From Patescibacteria group bacterium (lineage in GTDB: Bacteria > Patescibacteriota > JACPGU01), in assembly GCA_022703645.1 (NCBI GenBank), contig JAKLDG010000001.1:163274-227273 (forward strand): a DNA stretch of 64,000 nucleotides, given 5' to 3'. Positions 37,851 through 49,581 of this stretch are shown here, piece after piece. Numbering within the stretch: the first letter of the stretch is position 1; every line of letters begins with the position of its first letter. The notes beneath the pieces are model-generated. The model saw only the letters and a program-made list of their open reading frames with translations, made no database searches and was not told the origin of the DNA. The position numbers and the translations under genes are program-made.

Positions 37851-38206
37851 TTTAAAAAATTATTTAAAAATTAAAAATTATAAAATTAAAAATTCTATGT
37901 CAAATTTTAAATTTGACATAGAATTCATATCGTGCTATAAATTATACACAAAATCAATTATATTAAGTCATATCAATATCCCTTTTAATACAGAAGTATA
38001 ACAATGAGGGGTGTTTTCTTTTTTTCGATTTTTAAGGGTTTTCCGCAGAAAACTGTGGATAAGTATTAAGTAAAATTTTAAATCAAGAAAAAATTTATAC
38101 CAAATTTTATAGTAGAATTTTTTCTTAAAAGGAGAAATTTCACGAAAAGTGGAGAGAATAAAATCTAATGATTTTTTTCTCGAAAGTGAAAGTGAAATTT
38201 GGACGC

Positions 38207-38671
38207 ATGAGCAAAGAAGTTTATCTTACTAAAGAAAAATTAGAGCAGATACAAAAAGAATTAAAAGAACTTTTGGAAGTAAAAAGACCAGAGGTTATTG
38301 GCCGTATCAAGGATGCCAGGGCTCTTGGAGACCTATCTGAAAATGCGGAATATCATAGCGCTCGTGAAGAGCAGGGGTTTATCGAGGGAAGAATTGAAGA
38401 ACTGGAATATATGGTAAAAAATGCTTCAATCATTAGCGATGATGGTAAGAAAAAAGACCGTGTTGGACTCGGCGCAACAGTCGTTACATCGAGCGAAGGC
38501 GAAAAAGTTACTTTTAAAATCGTTGGTTCAGCAGAGGTGGATGTGGCAAATGGCAGAATATCAAACGAATCGCCAATCGGCAAAGCTATGATGAATAAGA
38601 AAGAAGGCGAGACGGTAGAGGTTGAGACTCCAGGCGGAAAGATGAAATATAAGATATTGAAGATAACATAG
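38207..38671 (+). CDS. greA: transcription elongation factor GreA
   Basis: coiled-coil N-terminal domain with DLSENAEYHSAREEQ, C-terminal FKBP-like domain; ATG at 38207. Confidence 0.85.
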   Translation: MSKEVYLTKEKLEQIQKELKELLEVKRPEVIGRIKDARALGDLSENAEYHSAREEQGFIEGRIEELEYMVKNASIISDDGKKKDRVGLGATVVTSSEGEKVTFKIVGSAEVDVANGRISNESPIGKAMMNKKEGETVEVETPGGKMKYKILKIT

Positions 38672-38702
38672 GGTGAAGGGTTTAGGGTATAGGGTATAGT
38701 AG

Positions 38703-38729
38703 GGGCGAGCCGTTGGCTCGCCCATTTTT
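38703..38729 (+). terminator. rho-independent terminator of greA (gggcgagcc-gtt-ggctcgccc plus T-run), preceded by GTAG like the REP-like elements
   Basis: 9-bp GC stem plus ATTTTT. Confidence 0.7.
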
Positions 38730-38936
38730 ACTTTTTCCTAACGAAAAATCCTTCCTGAAAAGGAAGGCTTTGGAGTTTCAAGCGGGGCCGGAACCCGCGG
38801 AGGTGAAGGTAAAGATGTTTTTCGCGCGCAATCTTTGGCGATTTTAGCAAAATGGATTAAAAGTTTTTCTCAAGGTAATTCTTTTTTAAAAGAACCACTC
38901 GAACGAGTACTTTGGCTAATTATAATTATAAAACTA

Positions 38937-38965
38937 TTGACTGATATTGATATATATGATAATAT
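38937..38965 (+). promoter_or_regulatory. sigma70-like promoter TTGACT-17-TAATAT upstream of the SPFH gene
   Basis: near-consensus hexamers about 125 nt upstream of the start codon. Confidence 0.4.
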
Positions 38966-39091
38966 ATAGAAAGTTTTTTTGTGCTATTAAAAAAATAGAA
39001 ATAAAAAGAATCTCAAGGAGGTGAGGGACTAACTTTGCCCGCAGTAAACCGGCGTGCGTGTCGGTAAAAAAATTCCGTTAAGGAGAAGAAA

Positions 39092-39932
39092 AATGCAAGG
39101 AATATCGATCTTTGGGACGGTTTTGGGGGTAATATTCGCTATTCTCTTTTTGGTCTCGCTGACGGGTATCCGGATGATTCAGGAATACCAGAAGGCGGTC
39201 ATCTTCCGTCTCGGACGGTGCGTCGGAGCGAAAGGACCGGGCCTTTTCTACATCATTCCCTTCATTGACCGGTGCGTCGTGGTTGATATGAGAGTGACGA
39301 AAATTCTAATCGAGAAGCAGGAAGTCCTTACGAAAGACAAGGTTTCGGCGAAGATCGATGCCGTAGAATTCCTAAGAGTGATAAAGCCTGAGGACAGTAT
39401 TATAAAAGTTGACAACTTCCTTGCTGCTGTTCACCAGCTCGCTCTTTCGGCGCTACGCGATGTTGTTGGACGTCACGATTTGAGTGATGTGCTTTCGGAT
39501 CGCGATACGATTAACAAAGAAATCCAGAAGCACGTCGAAAAGATGGCGCTTGAATGGGGGATTGAAATCAAAGGAATTGAGATTAAGGATGTTGAAATTC
39601 CCGATAATTTCAAGCGTGCCATGGCAGCCAAGGCCGAGGCGAAACAGGAAGCTGAGGCGAGAGAGATAAAAGCCAATGCGGAACTGACCGCCACCAAGGT
39701 TTTGTCCGAAGTCGCCGCTCTCATCAGGGATAATCCCTTCATTCTCGAGCTTCGCAAACTTCAGGCGTACGAGAAGATCGGAACTGAGCAGAATACCATG
39801 ATCATGGTGGATCTGAATAACAATTCAGGTTCAACGGGAAGCGGTTTGACTGCGCTTGCCGCGGCGCTTGCCGAGGTAAGATCAAAACTCGCGTCCGTTC
39901 AACCACCGGCTCCAAAAACCGCCGGCAAGTAA
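39092..39932 (+). CDS. SPFH/Band-7 (stomatin/slipin-like) membrane protein; GC-rich relative to surroundings
   Basis: N-terminal TM then QEYQKAVIFRLGR...GPGLFYIIPFIDR...DMRV typical of stomatin-like SPFH domain; Ala/Glu-rich coiled coil; ATG at 39092 with RBS AAGGAGAAG. Confidence 0.8.
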
Positions 39933-39960
39933 TTTTTCACATTTCATTCGTTAAATTTAA

Positions 39961-39990
39961 GTGGCCCCGACTTTGTCGGGGCCACTTTTC
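39961..39990 (+). terminator. rho-independent terminator (gtggccccgac-tttg-gtcggggccac plus TTTT)
   Basis: 11-bp perfect stem. Confidence 0.8.
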
Positions 39991-40029
39991 GTTATATTAA
40001 TATTTATTATTTCAAAATATTTTTTATGA

Positions 40030-42027
<1,998 letters not shown>

Positions 42028-42296
42028 TTTTCCACAATATTATAATAATTTTCTTAGTAATCATTCTTATTTATTAAAATATTACTTAATCTGTGGATAA
42101 AATAAAGCCATGCTATATGGTTTTTTTTGATTTGACACTATTCATAAAAAACAACATAATGTTATCGAGAAGTAAAGACTTTTGGTATTTTTATGTATAA
42201 ATGCAATCTTAATTTATTAATGTTTATAAAATAATAAAAAGGTCGGTAAAGTTATTTGGTTATTAAATAAAATATGATAATAGTAATTTATAAAAA

Positions 42297-44102
42297 ATGA
42301 GAAAAAATATTATAAGTAAAATAAAAAAAAATATGAAAGATAAACCAGCTTTAATGAAATTTGTTGGAGTACTTTTTTTGATTTTAGCAATTGTTGTTGC
42401 CGGTCTTTTATTAAAATCTAAAGCAACAGATGTTACTTCAAGCCTAACCATTGCAAATACTCCGCCGAATGCTTTAACGAACATAGGCGAGACCATTGCT
42501 TCTACTGACTTATCACCTACCAACGAGGGAGTGAGTGTAACTATTTCTGGTACTGCGACAGATGATAATGGCGACAGCTGGACTTTATTAGTATGTCAGA
42601 CTGCTGGTGTTGCTGGAACGAGTTGTGCTGGTACTGCATGGTGTACTTCCGGTACGGCGGCATCAGGAGCTTCAAATTCTTGTTCAATAACAACGACAGG
42701 GATAACCACAGAAGATAATCCTTGGTATGCATACGCATGCGATGTATCTGATTGTTCAGTTGTCAGCCAAGGCGATTTTTCAGGTGGTGATTCTGGTAAA
42801 AATTCTCCCTTTGTTGTAAACCATGCTCCAACTTTTACTGTTAATAATGATGGGCCAAAGGATCCTGGTTCTCTTTTAACATTTACGGCTTCAGTAACTG
42901 ATACTGATGTTTATACTTCACAAGATATGGTTACCTTAGATATTTGTAAAGAAGCAAGCTGGACAGAGATTGGCGGTTGTGGGGGTACAGGGGCGTGGTG
43001 TACTTCAGGTTCAAAAGACCCTACTGCTGGACCTGTAACATGTGACATTACTTTAGCAAGTGTTCTGCCTGACGGAAATTATGATTACTATGCGTATCTC
43101 AAAGATAGTCATAACTTTGCTTCTTCCAGCGCAGATCAGGGCGCCGCAAAAACATATACAGTCAATAACGTAGCTCCTTCTGTAAGTGGTATTTCGATAT
43201 TAAACTATGATAGTAACCCGGGAGTTTTAAGCCTAGACACATCTAAGGCTGGTACTACAACTCCAGGATATACCGTTCATTTTACTGTTACCGATAATAA
43301 TAGTTGCACTTTGAAAGCAGGGACGGGCGACGAAATTATAGCTGCTAACACCAAGGCGAATTTTAGGGAGTCAAGTAAAGCTCAGGGATCATGTTCTGCA
43401 GGTGGAGATGCAGATACAGATGATTGTTACCCGCAAATCACTTGTTCGCAAGATGGTGGTTCCTGTACAGGTATATCTGATCCAACCGCAACTTTCACTT
43501 GCACTTTTGCCCTTAATTATAATGCAAATCCAACTATTGGAGGACCATATGATGCTGATAATTGGATAGCAAGCGTAAAGGCAGTTGATAATGATAGCGC
43601 GGATTCTGGATTGGTAGATGGTTCAGGGTTGAATGGTTCGGAAAATGAATTAAATCAGTTTCTAGCCTTTGCTGTTAAACAATCTGGTGGATTAGTTGAT
43701 CTAACTCAAATAAATTATGGTACTATGTCACCCAATGCGGTTACTGCGGATGGCAGCTCACCAAATTCATGGGTAGTAGGACAGGGCAATACTGGTTTGG
43801 ACCAAAAACTAAATGGTACAGATATGACTTGTACTGTAGGTGGTTGTAGCGGACAAATAATTCCAGTTTCTTCACAAAAATATGGCAGCGCAGCTATTTT
43901 TGACTACAATGCTTCTACTGATATACTAAGTATCTTAGCTACACCTTATCAATATTGCGCTAAACCAACCTCTGCGGTGGGTAATCCAAATATCTCAACT
44001 TTCTGGAAGATAAAAGTTCCTTCTGGAAAACCCGTTGGAAATTATACCGGTACAGATACGATAGTTGGTGCAGTAAGTGACGGTACTACTCATGCATGGT
44101 AA
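42297..44102 (+). CDS. secreted/membrane-anchored Cys-rich repeat protein (hypothetical surface protein)
   Basis: N-terminal TM; repeated CAGTAWCTSG / GTGAWCTSGS modules. Confidence 0.5.
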   Translation: MRKNIISKIKKNMKDKPALMKFVGVLFLILAIVVAGLLLKSKATDVTSSLTIANTPPNALTNIGETIASTDLSPTNEGVSVTISGTATDDNGDSWTLLVCQTAGVAGTSCAGTAWCTSGTAASGASNSCSITTTGITTEDNPWYAYACDVSDCSVVSQGDFSGGDSGKNSPFVVNHAPTFTVNNDGPKDPGSLLTFTASVTDTDVYTSQDMVTLDICKEASWTEIGGCGGTGAWCTSGSKDPTAGPVTCDITLASVLPDGNYDYYAYLKDSHNFASSSADQGAAKTYTVNNVAPSVSGISILNYDSNPGVLSLDTSKAGTTTPGYTVHFTVTDNNSCTLKAGTGDEIIAANTKANFRESSKAQGSCSAGGDADTDDCYPQITCSQDGGSCTGISDPTATFTCTFALNYNANPTIGGPYDADNWIASVKAVDNDSADSGLVDGSGLNGSENELNQFLAFAVKQSGGLVDLTQINYGTMSPNAVTADGSSPNSWVVGQGNTGLDQKLNGTDMTCTVGGCSGQIIPVSSQKYGSAAIFDYNASTDILSILATPYQYCAKPTSAVGNPNISTFWKIKVPSGKPVGNYTGTDTIVGAVSDGTTHAW

Positions 44103-44145
44103 TCAATGACGATTAATTTATAAAAAATAAAATTAAAATAAAAAA

Positions 44146-45120
44146 ATGAAAAAAAATAAGATTAAATTGATTATCAAGGGCATATCTTTTGCATTATTTA
44201 TCTCAATAATATCATTTGCTTCTCTTGCAAAAGCCAGTTTTGGTATTACTCCGCCAAATATTATTAACGCCAATCTGCTAAGGGGCACGCAGTTTGACCA
44301 AAAAATTACTGTTGGTTCTGATAATATTTTATCGGGTTCAAAAGTAAAATTTGATATTAATGTTCCAGGAATAAATAATTGGGTCTCTATTGATAAAGGC
44401 GTAGAAGTTCCCTTTCCTTCCGGAAAAAATACCTTAGATGTCATTGTAAGTATTAAGATACCTATGGATGCTGAATATAGAGAATACAAAGGCGTTGTCA
44501 CAGCATCGATTATGCCGCCGGATATTGAAAGCGGAGTCGCTTTAACAGTAGGAGGAGAAATAAATGTTGACATTACAGTTACACCCGAAAAAATCAAAGA
44601 TTTTGTTGTGCGGTCTTATAATGTACCCGATATATCTGAAGGAGAAAACCTGAGATTAGCAATCGATATTCATAATAATGGGAATGTCGATATAGCTCCG
44701 AGCAAACTGACTTTGGATGTTTATGATTCGAATGATGAAGAAACATTGGTCTCATCTTTGGAAAGTACAAAAATAGAAAATACAGTTAAACCTTCTGAAG
44801 AGGGAAGGGTTATTGCTGAGGTTCCGACAAATACATTAAAGGCTGGTTCTTACTGGGCAAACCTAAAAATATTTAATGATTATAAACTAGTAAATGAGTT
44901 TAAAATAAGCATCGGTATATCAGAAAAAAAAGAAGCTGGATTAGCGGAGAGAGTTGATAATCTCGGAGGGCTTTTTTCAAAAATTGGTCTAGGTTGGATG
45001 GACAAGCAAACTATGTGTATGAGTATAGCCGTGGTTGTCTTGGCAGTTATTTATTTCATAATCCGTTCAATGAGAAAAAGAAAAGAGAAAAAAGCAAAAA
45101 AGACAAAAAATAAAAAATAA
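44146..45120 (+). CDS. hypothetical secreted protein with C-terminal TM anchor and basic tail (Ig-like beta-rich ectodomain)
   Basis: signal peptide, C-terminal TM plus RKRKEKKAKKTKNKK. Confidence 0.45.
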   Translation: MKKNKIKLIIKGISFALFISIISFASLAKASFGITPPNIINANLLRGTQFDQKITVGSDNILSGSKVKFDINVPGINNWVSIDKGVEVPFPSGKNTLDVIVSIKIPMDAEYREYKGVVTASIMPPDIESGVALTVGGEINVDITVTPEKIKDFVVRSYNVPDISEGENLRLAIDIHNNGNVDIAPSKLTLDVYDSNDEETLVSSLESTKIENTVKPSEEGRVIAEVPTNTLKAGSYWANLKIFNDYKLVNEFKISIGISEKKEAGLAERVDNLGGLFSKIGLGWMDKQTMCMSIAVVVLAVIYFIIRSMRKRKEKKAKKTKNKK

Positions 45121-45125
45121 TACAG

Positions 45126-45155
45126 AAGGCCTCCGGTTTACCGGAGGCCTTTTAA
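45126..45155. terminator. bidirectional terminator (aaggcctccgg-ttta-ccggaggcctt)
   Basis: 11-bp stem between convergent genes. Confidence 0.75.
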
Positions 45156-45158
45156 ATA

Positions 45159-45938
45159 TTAAATTTTATTGAATGTCCTCAAAATATATATCGCTATGTA
45201 GACATAGGATATTCCCAGCAGAGAATCAGTACGGTCAAAAAATCCACCATGCGTTCCCAGCACGCGGCTGGAATCTTTTACATCAGCAAGCCTTTTGATA
45301 AAAGATTCAGCCATATCCCCTATAGTTGCAAATCCAGAGCCGATAGGAATTACCACAAATAACCAAAATGGGCTCGGAATCAGTGTTTTTGGGACGTGGA
45401 AATATTGCATGACGAAATAGATGATAGCGCATCCCGCTAAAGCTAATGTGACACCTCCAAATACCAGAGCTTCCCAACTTTTTTTCGGGCTGATTTTCTC
45501 ATTGATTTTATGCAGATTTCCCTTCCATCTTGGAGCAATGAATTTGCCAAATATAGCTCCTCCCGCATCGGTGAGATAGCAATTTCCTGCAATGAAAATC
45601 GCCCACGGCCAGCCGGATCTTCCGATAATCATGGCGAGCAGAAGTAATGGTGCAAAAATAAAAGTTCCGCCAAATACGAGATTGCTTTTCCAATCGAAGA
45701 TTCTTTCAAATAGAATGTTTCTTGAATTGGATAAAGTCATGTTTTTGGCGATTTTTGGAGCCAGTAGGCGTACGTATTCATAAGTTGCGCCAGTTCCAAA
45801 GACGACTATCCATCCAATTACTGCTATCATTCGCAAATATATAACTGAAAAAATAACTCCAAGCCCCAACGCTAATCCAATTTTAAGTTTATTTACAAAA
45901 CTGTCTTTATCTTTCAGTTTTACAATTAATCGCGACAA
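45159..45938 (-). CDS. cdsA: phosphatidate cytidylyltransferase CdsA
   Basis: polytopic membrane protein with C-terminal HGGFFDRTDSL (CdsA signature GHGGxxDRxDS). Confidence 0.75.
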   Translation of the reverse strand: MSRLIVKLKDKDSFVNKLKIGLALGLGVIFSVIYLRMIAVIGWIVVFGTGATYEYVRLLAPKIAKNMTLSNSRNILFERIFDWKSNLVFGGTFIFAPLLLLAMIIGRSGWPWAIFIAGNCYLTDAGGAIFGKFIAPRWKGNLHKINEKISPKKSWEALVFGGVTLALAGCAIIYFVMQYFHVPKTLIPSPFWLFVVIPIGSGFATIGDMAESFIKRLADVKDSSRVLGTHGGFFDRTDSLLGISYVYIAIYILRTFNKI

Positions 45939-46072
45939 TTTTCTCTTCTCCTTTCAATTGTTTAGGTGCGCTATTCATGAATATTTTATCACAAAAACAT
46001 TGCATTTCAAAGAAATCAGATATAGAATAACAGTACTATATTATATTTTGATTTATTGATTAATTGATCCCT

Positions 46073-46354
46073 ATGATTTCCAAAGACGATATAAAATATT
46101 GCGCGAAACTGGCTCGCATCGATTTAACGAGCGAAGAAGAGGAAAGGTTTTACAATCAACTTTCATCTATTCTTGGATATTGTGAAAAATTAGATGAGTT
46201 AGATCTTGCGGGTGTTGAGCCAATATATCAGGTTACCGGACAAATTAACGTTTTTCGAGAAGATGTGATAACTAACACAGATATCCATGAAGATCTATTG
46301 CGCAATGCTCCAAGCAGGGAAGATGATTTTATTAAAGTTAAAAAAGTATTATAG
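46073..46354 (+). CDS. gatC: Asp/Glu-tRNA amidotransferase subunit C
   Basis: DDIKYCAKLARIDLTSEEEERF...LDELDLAGVEP GatC pattern; directly upstream of gatA; ATG at 46073. Confidence 0.8.
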   Translation: MISKDDIKYCAKLARIDLTSEEEERFYNQLSSILGYCEKLDELDLAGVEPIYQVTGQINVFREDVITNTDIHEDLLRNAPSREDDFIKVKKVL

Positions 46355-46356
46355 GA

Positions 46357-47829
46357 ATGGCTAATTTAAATAATCTTACAATTAGTAAAGCTTCTGAACT
46401 TCTTGAAAAAAAAGAAGTTAGTTCGGTTGAATTGACAAATTATTATCTTGAAAGGATTGAAAAGCTCAATCCAGAGCTGGGAGCATATTTAAGTACTGAG
46501 AAAGAATATGCGCTAAAAAAGGCTAGGGAAAGTGATGAGAGAATTAAATCTGGAAAAAGAATCGGAATTCTTGACGGGATTCCTTGTTCGGTAAAAGATG
46601 TTATTACTACAAAGGATATAGAGACAACCGCAGCCAGCAAAATTCTAGAAGGCTATATCGCCCCGTATAGCGCAACTGTTGTTCGCAAGATCGAGGAGCA
46701 GGGAGCAGTGATTCTTGGTAAAAATAATTGTGATGAGTTTGCGATGGGATCTTCTACTGAAAATTCAGCTTATATGTTAGCAAAAAATCCTTGGGATTTA
46801 TCCCGTGTGCCTGGTGGTTCTTCCGGCGGGTCAGCAGTAGCAGTTGCAGCCGATTTATGCGTATTTTCTTTTGGCACCGAGACAGGGGGATCAATCCGCC
46901 AGCCGGCGTCTCTTTGCTCTGTTGTGGGGCTGAAACCAACATATGGAAGAAATTCACGCTATGGTTCTATTGCTTACGGATCATCGCTCGATCAGATAGG
47001 GGTATTTGGGAAGTGTGTTGAGGACATTTCATCTGTAATGCATGTTATTGCGGGTAAAGATTCTTTAGATTCTACAACAGTAGAATATCCAATATTCAAT
47101 ATCCAATATCCAATCAATACTCAATATCCAATGAAAGATTTAAAAATCGGTATACCAAAGGAATATTTTGGCGAAGGATTGGATAGCGAAGTTGAGAAAA
47201 TCGTTCGTGATGCGATTGACAAATATAAAGAAATGGGAGCTGAAATCATTGATATTTCACTCCCAAACACTGAATATGCAACTCCTTGCTACTATTTATT
47301 ATCAATGGCAGAGGCCAGCAGTAATCTGGCTCGTTATGATGGTATTAAGTATGGTAAATCTGAAACTGACAACGCAAAAGACTTAATTGATGTTTATTTT
47401 AAAACGCGTGGTAAGTATTTTGGGGATGAACAAAAAAGAAAGTCAATTCTGGGAACATTTGAGCTATCAGCTGGATATTATGATGCCTATTACCGCAAAG
47501 CACAGAAAGCTAGATCTTTGGTAAAAAAAGATTTTGATGATGCATTTGAAAAAATCGACTGTATTATGTGTCCTGTTTCTCCTTTTCCAGCATTCAAAAT
47601 CGGAGAGAAGAAAGACGACCCGCTTTCAATGTATCTGGCGGATATTTTTACAATCTCAGCAAATCTTGCGGGAATTTGCGCTCTTTCTATACCAGCAGGA
47701 TTTACGCAAAATAATTTACCGGTTGGCTTACAGATCATGGGTCCAAGATTTGATGAGGATAAGATTCTTCAAATAGCCAAAGCATATGAAGAAATGACGC
47801 AGTGGCATACTATGTTTCCAAGCATCTGA
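46357..47829 (+). CDS. gatA: Asp/Glu-tRNA amidotransferase subunit A (amidase)
   Basis: amidase signature GGSSGGSAVAVAA, catalytic Ser/Lys context; contains in-frame AT-rich repeat insertion encoding YPIFNIQYPINTQYPM (47083..47132). Confidence 0.9.
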   Translation: MANLNNLTISKASELLEKKEVSSVELTNYYLERIEKLNPELGAYLSTEKEYALKKARESDERIKSGKRIGILDGIPCSVKDVITTKDIETTAASKILEGYIAPYSATVVRKIEEQGAVILGKNNCDEFAMGSSTENSAYMLAKNPWDLSRVPGGSSGGSAVAVAADLCVFSFGTETGGSIRQPASLCSVVGLKPTYGRNSRYGSIAYGSSLDQIGVFGKCVEDISSVMHVIAGKDSLDSTTVEYPIFNIQYPINTQYPMKDLKIGIPKEYFGEGLDSEVEKIVRDAIDKYKEMGAEIIDISLPNTEYATPCYYLLSMAEASSNLARYDGIKYGKSETDNAKDLIDVYFKTRGKYFGDEQKRKSILGTFELSAGYYDAYYRKAQKARSLVKKDFDDAFEKIDCIMCPVSPFPAFKIGEKKDDPLSMYLADIFTISANLAGICALSIPAGFTQNNLPVGLQIMGPRFDEDKILQIAKAYEEMTQWHTMFPSI

Positions 47830-47922
47830 TTTTTTGTGTTGCAGGACAAAAATTATGGGCATATAATATAGACAGAAGGTAGTTTTCTGTGGAAAAGCCT
47901 ATACTAAAATAAATAGAAAACT

Positions 47923-48300
47923 ATGGCATCAAAAAAGAAAACAGTTACAAAAACAAAAGTATCAACACGAACAGTTGTTTTGATTATAACAGGGTTGGTA
48001 GCTGTAGGCGGTTTGGCTTATGCGGTGTATATGGTAAATGGTAATTCGCGAGCTACTCAAGAATGTGTTAACAGCTGTCTTGGATATCAAGACACTGATC
48101 CGCAATACGTAGATATTTGTCAAAAGTCTTGCAGAACTGGCGAGGTGGTTATTTATGATGCTGCCCCTATTGAGAATTTGGATATAATAAATTCTGATTC
48201 TATCATAATCGATACAACTGTTGATGATTCACTTATTCCACTTGATGAAACGGTTGAACCAGTTATTGACGCGAGAGAAAATTCCGAAGTAGTTCAATAA
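47923..48300 (+). CDS. hypothetical membrane-anchored protein with a Cys-rich extracytoplasmic segment
   Basis: TM helix, C-x3-C...C-x3-C. Confidence 0.35.
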   Translation: MASKKKTVTKTKVSTRTVVLIITGLVAVGGLAYAVYMVNGNSRATQECVNSCLGYQDTDPQYVDICQKSCRTGEVVIYDAAPIENLDIINSDSIIIDTTVDDSLIPLDETVEPVIDARENSEVVQ

Positions 48301-48308
48301 AAGCAATA

Positions 48309-48716
48309 ATGGGATTTTTTGATATACTAAAATCTATTTTTACTCCTTCTGATTCCTTACGAATACGAGCTGGCTTAAACCAGAATGATCTTGTAGACAT
48401 CAAGAAAAAATGGGAGGAGATTGAGATGCTTATGAAGCTCGGGAAACCGAGCAGTTTTAAGTCTGCCATACTTGAGGCAGATAAATTGCTAGATCATGTA
48501 CTAAAACTTTACGGTTATTTAGGCAATAGCATGGGTGATAGAATGAAATCATTACCGCGAGATAGCTATTCAAGAGAATTTTTTGATGATATGTGGGGTG
48601 CTCACAAGCTTCGTAATGAAATGGCGCATAATATTATGTATGAAGTAATGGATTTTGAAGCAAGAAAAGCGATTGGACAATATAAAAATGTTCTACAAGT
48701 ATTGAGAGTATTGTAG
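48309..48716 (+). CDS. DUF4145/HEPN-like domain protein
   Basis: C-terminal WGAHKLRNEMAHN fits the HEPN R-x4-H motif in the DUF4145-like context (iRklgNkaaHe). Confidence 0.4.
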   Translation: MGFFDILKSIFTPSDSLRIRAGLNQNDLVDIKKKWEEIEMLMKLGKPSSFKSAILEADKLLDHVLKLYGYLGNSMGDRMKSLPRDSYSREFFDDMWGAHKLRNEMAHNIMYEVMDFEARKAIGQYKNVLQVLRVL

Positions 48717-48737
48717 CAAGATTAATTAAACGAATCT

Positions 48738-49550
48738 ATGATAGAAAAAGAACAGCCAATTGGTATTTTTGACTCTGGTATTGGTGGGTTAACGGTTTTA
48801 TCTGAAGTGGTAAAGCTGATGCCTGCGGAAAATATTATCTACCTTGCCGACAGTAAGAATATTCCATACGGATCAAAAAGTAAGGAAGAGATAAAAAAAA
48901 TATCCAGGGAAAATTCCGCTTTGCTCTACAAAAAAGGCGTCAAAGCGATTTTGGTCGCTTGCAATACAGCCACAAGTGTTGCGATTGAGGAACTAAGATC
49001 ATTTTTTGAGATGCCTATTATTGGTATGGAACCAGCTATCAAACCGGCAGTCGAAGCGAACGATAATAGGAGGGTTTTGGTAATGGCGACACCGGTAACT
49101 TTAAGAGGCGAAAAATTTAATGTTTTATTAAATGAAATTGATCTGGATAATTCCTGTATGATTTTGCCTGCGGATGATCTGGCTAGCATGATTGAAAAAC
49201 ATATTATCCGAAACTCTGATCATTTTGTTTATTCCCCTGAAATTGAGGAACACCTGAGAAAGTTTTTTTTGGGAGTTGATTTCTCCGCAGTTTCTTCAAT
49301 AGTTTTGGGGTGTACGCACTATGTGTTCCTATTGCCGTATCTGAAGAAAATCGTTCCTGATGGTATTTCAATAATCGATGGCAATCTTGGAACGGCAAAA
49401 AACCTATTTAATATCTTAAAACAATTAAATTTACTCAACGAAGATGGAAAAGGAAAAATAGAATATTATTCCACTGATGAGAGCATCACAAATATACGTG
49501 ATGTCTGTGAGGGGGTAATGGATAACTACATTGGTCAAAATCATCTTTAG
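48738..49550 (+). CDS. murI: glutamate racemase
   Basis: IGIFDSGIGGLTVL, VACNTATS, GCTHY motifs. Confidence 0.85.
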   Translation: MIEKEQPIGIFDSGIGGLTVLSEVVKLMPAENIIYLADSKNIPYGSKSKEEIKKISRENSALLYKKGVKAILVACNTATSVAIEELRSFFEMPIIGMEPAIKPAVEANDNRRVLVMATPVTLRGEKFNVLLNEIDLDNSCMILPADDLASMIEKHIIRNSDHFVYSPEIEEHLRKFFLGVDFSAVSSIVLGCTHYVFLLPYLKKIVPDGISIIDGNLGTAKNLFNILKQLNLLNEDGKGKIEYYSTDESITNIRDVCEGVMDNYIGQNHL

Positions 49551-49581
49551 TTTTTATCGGAAATAAGTTAGAATATATTCA

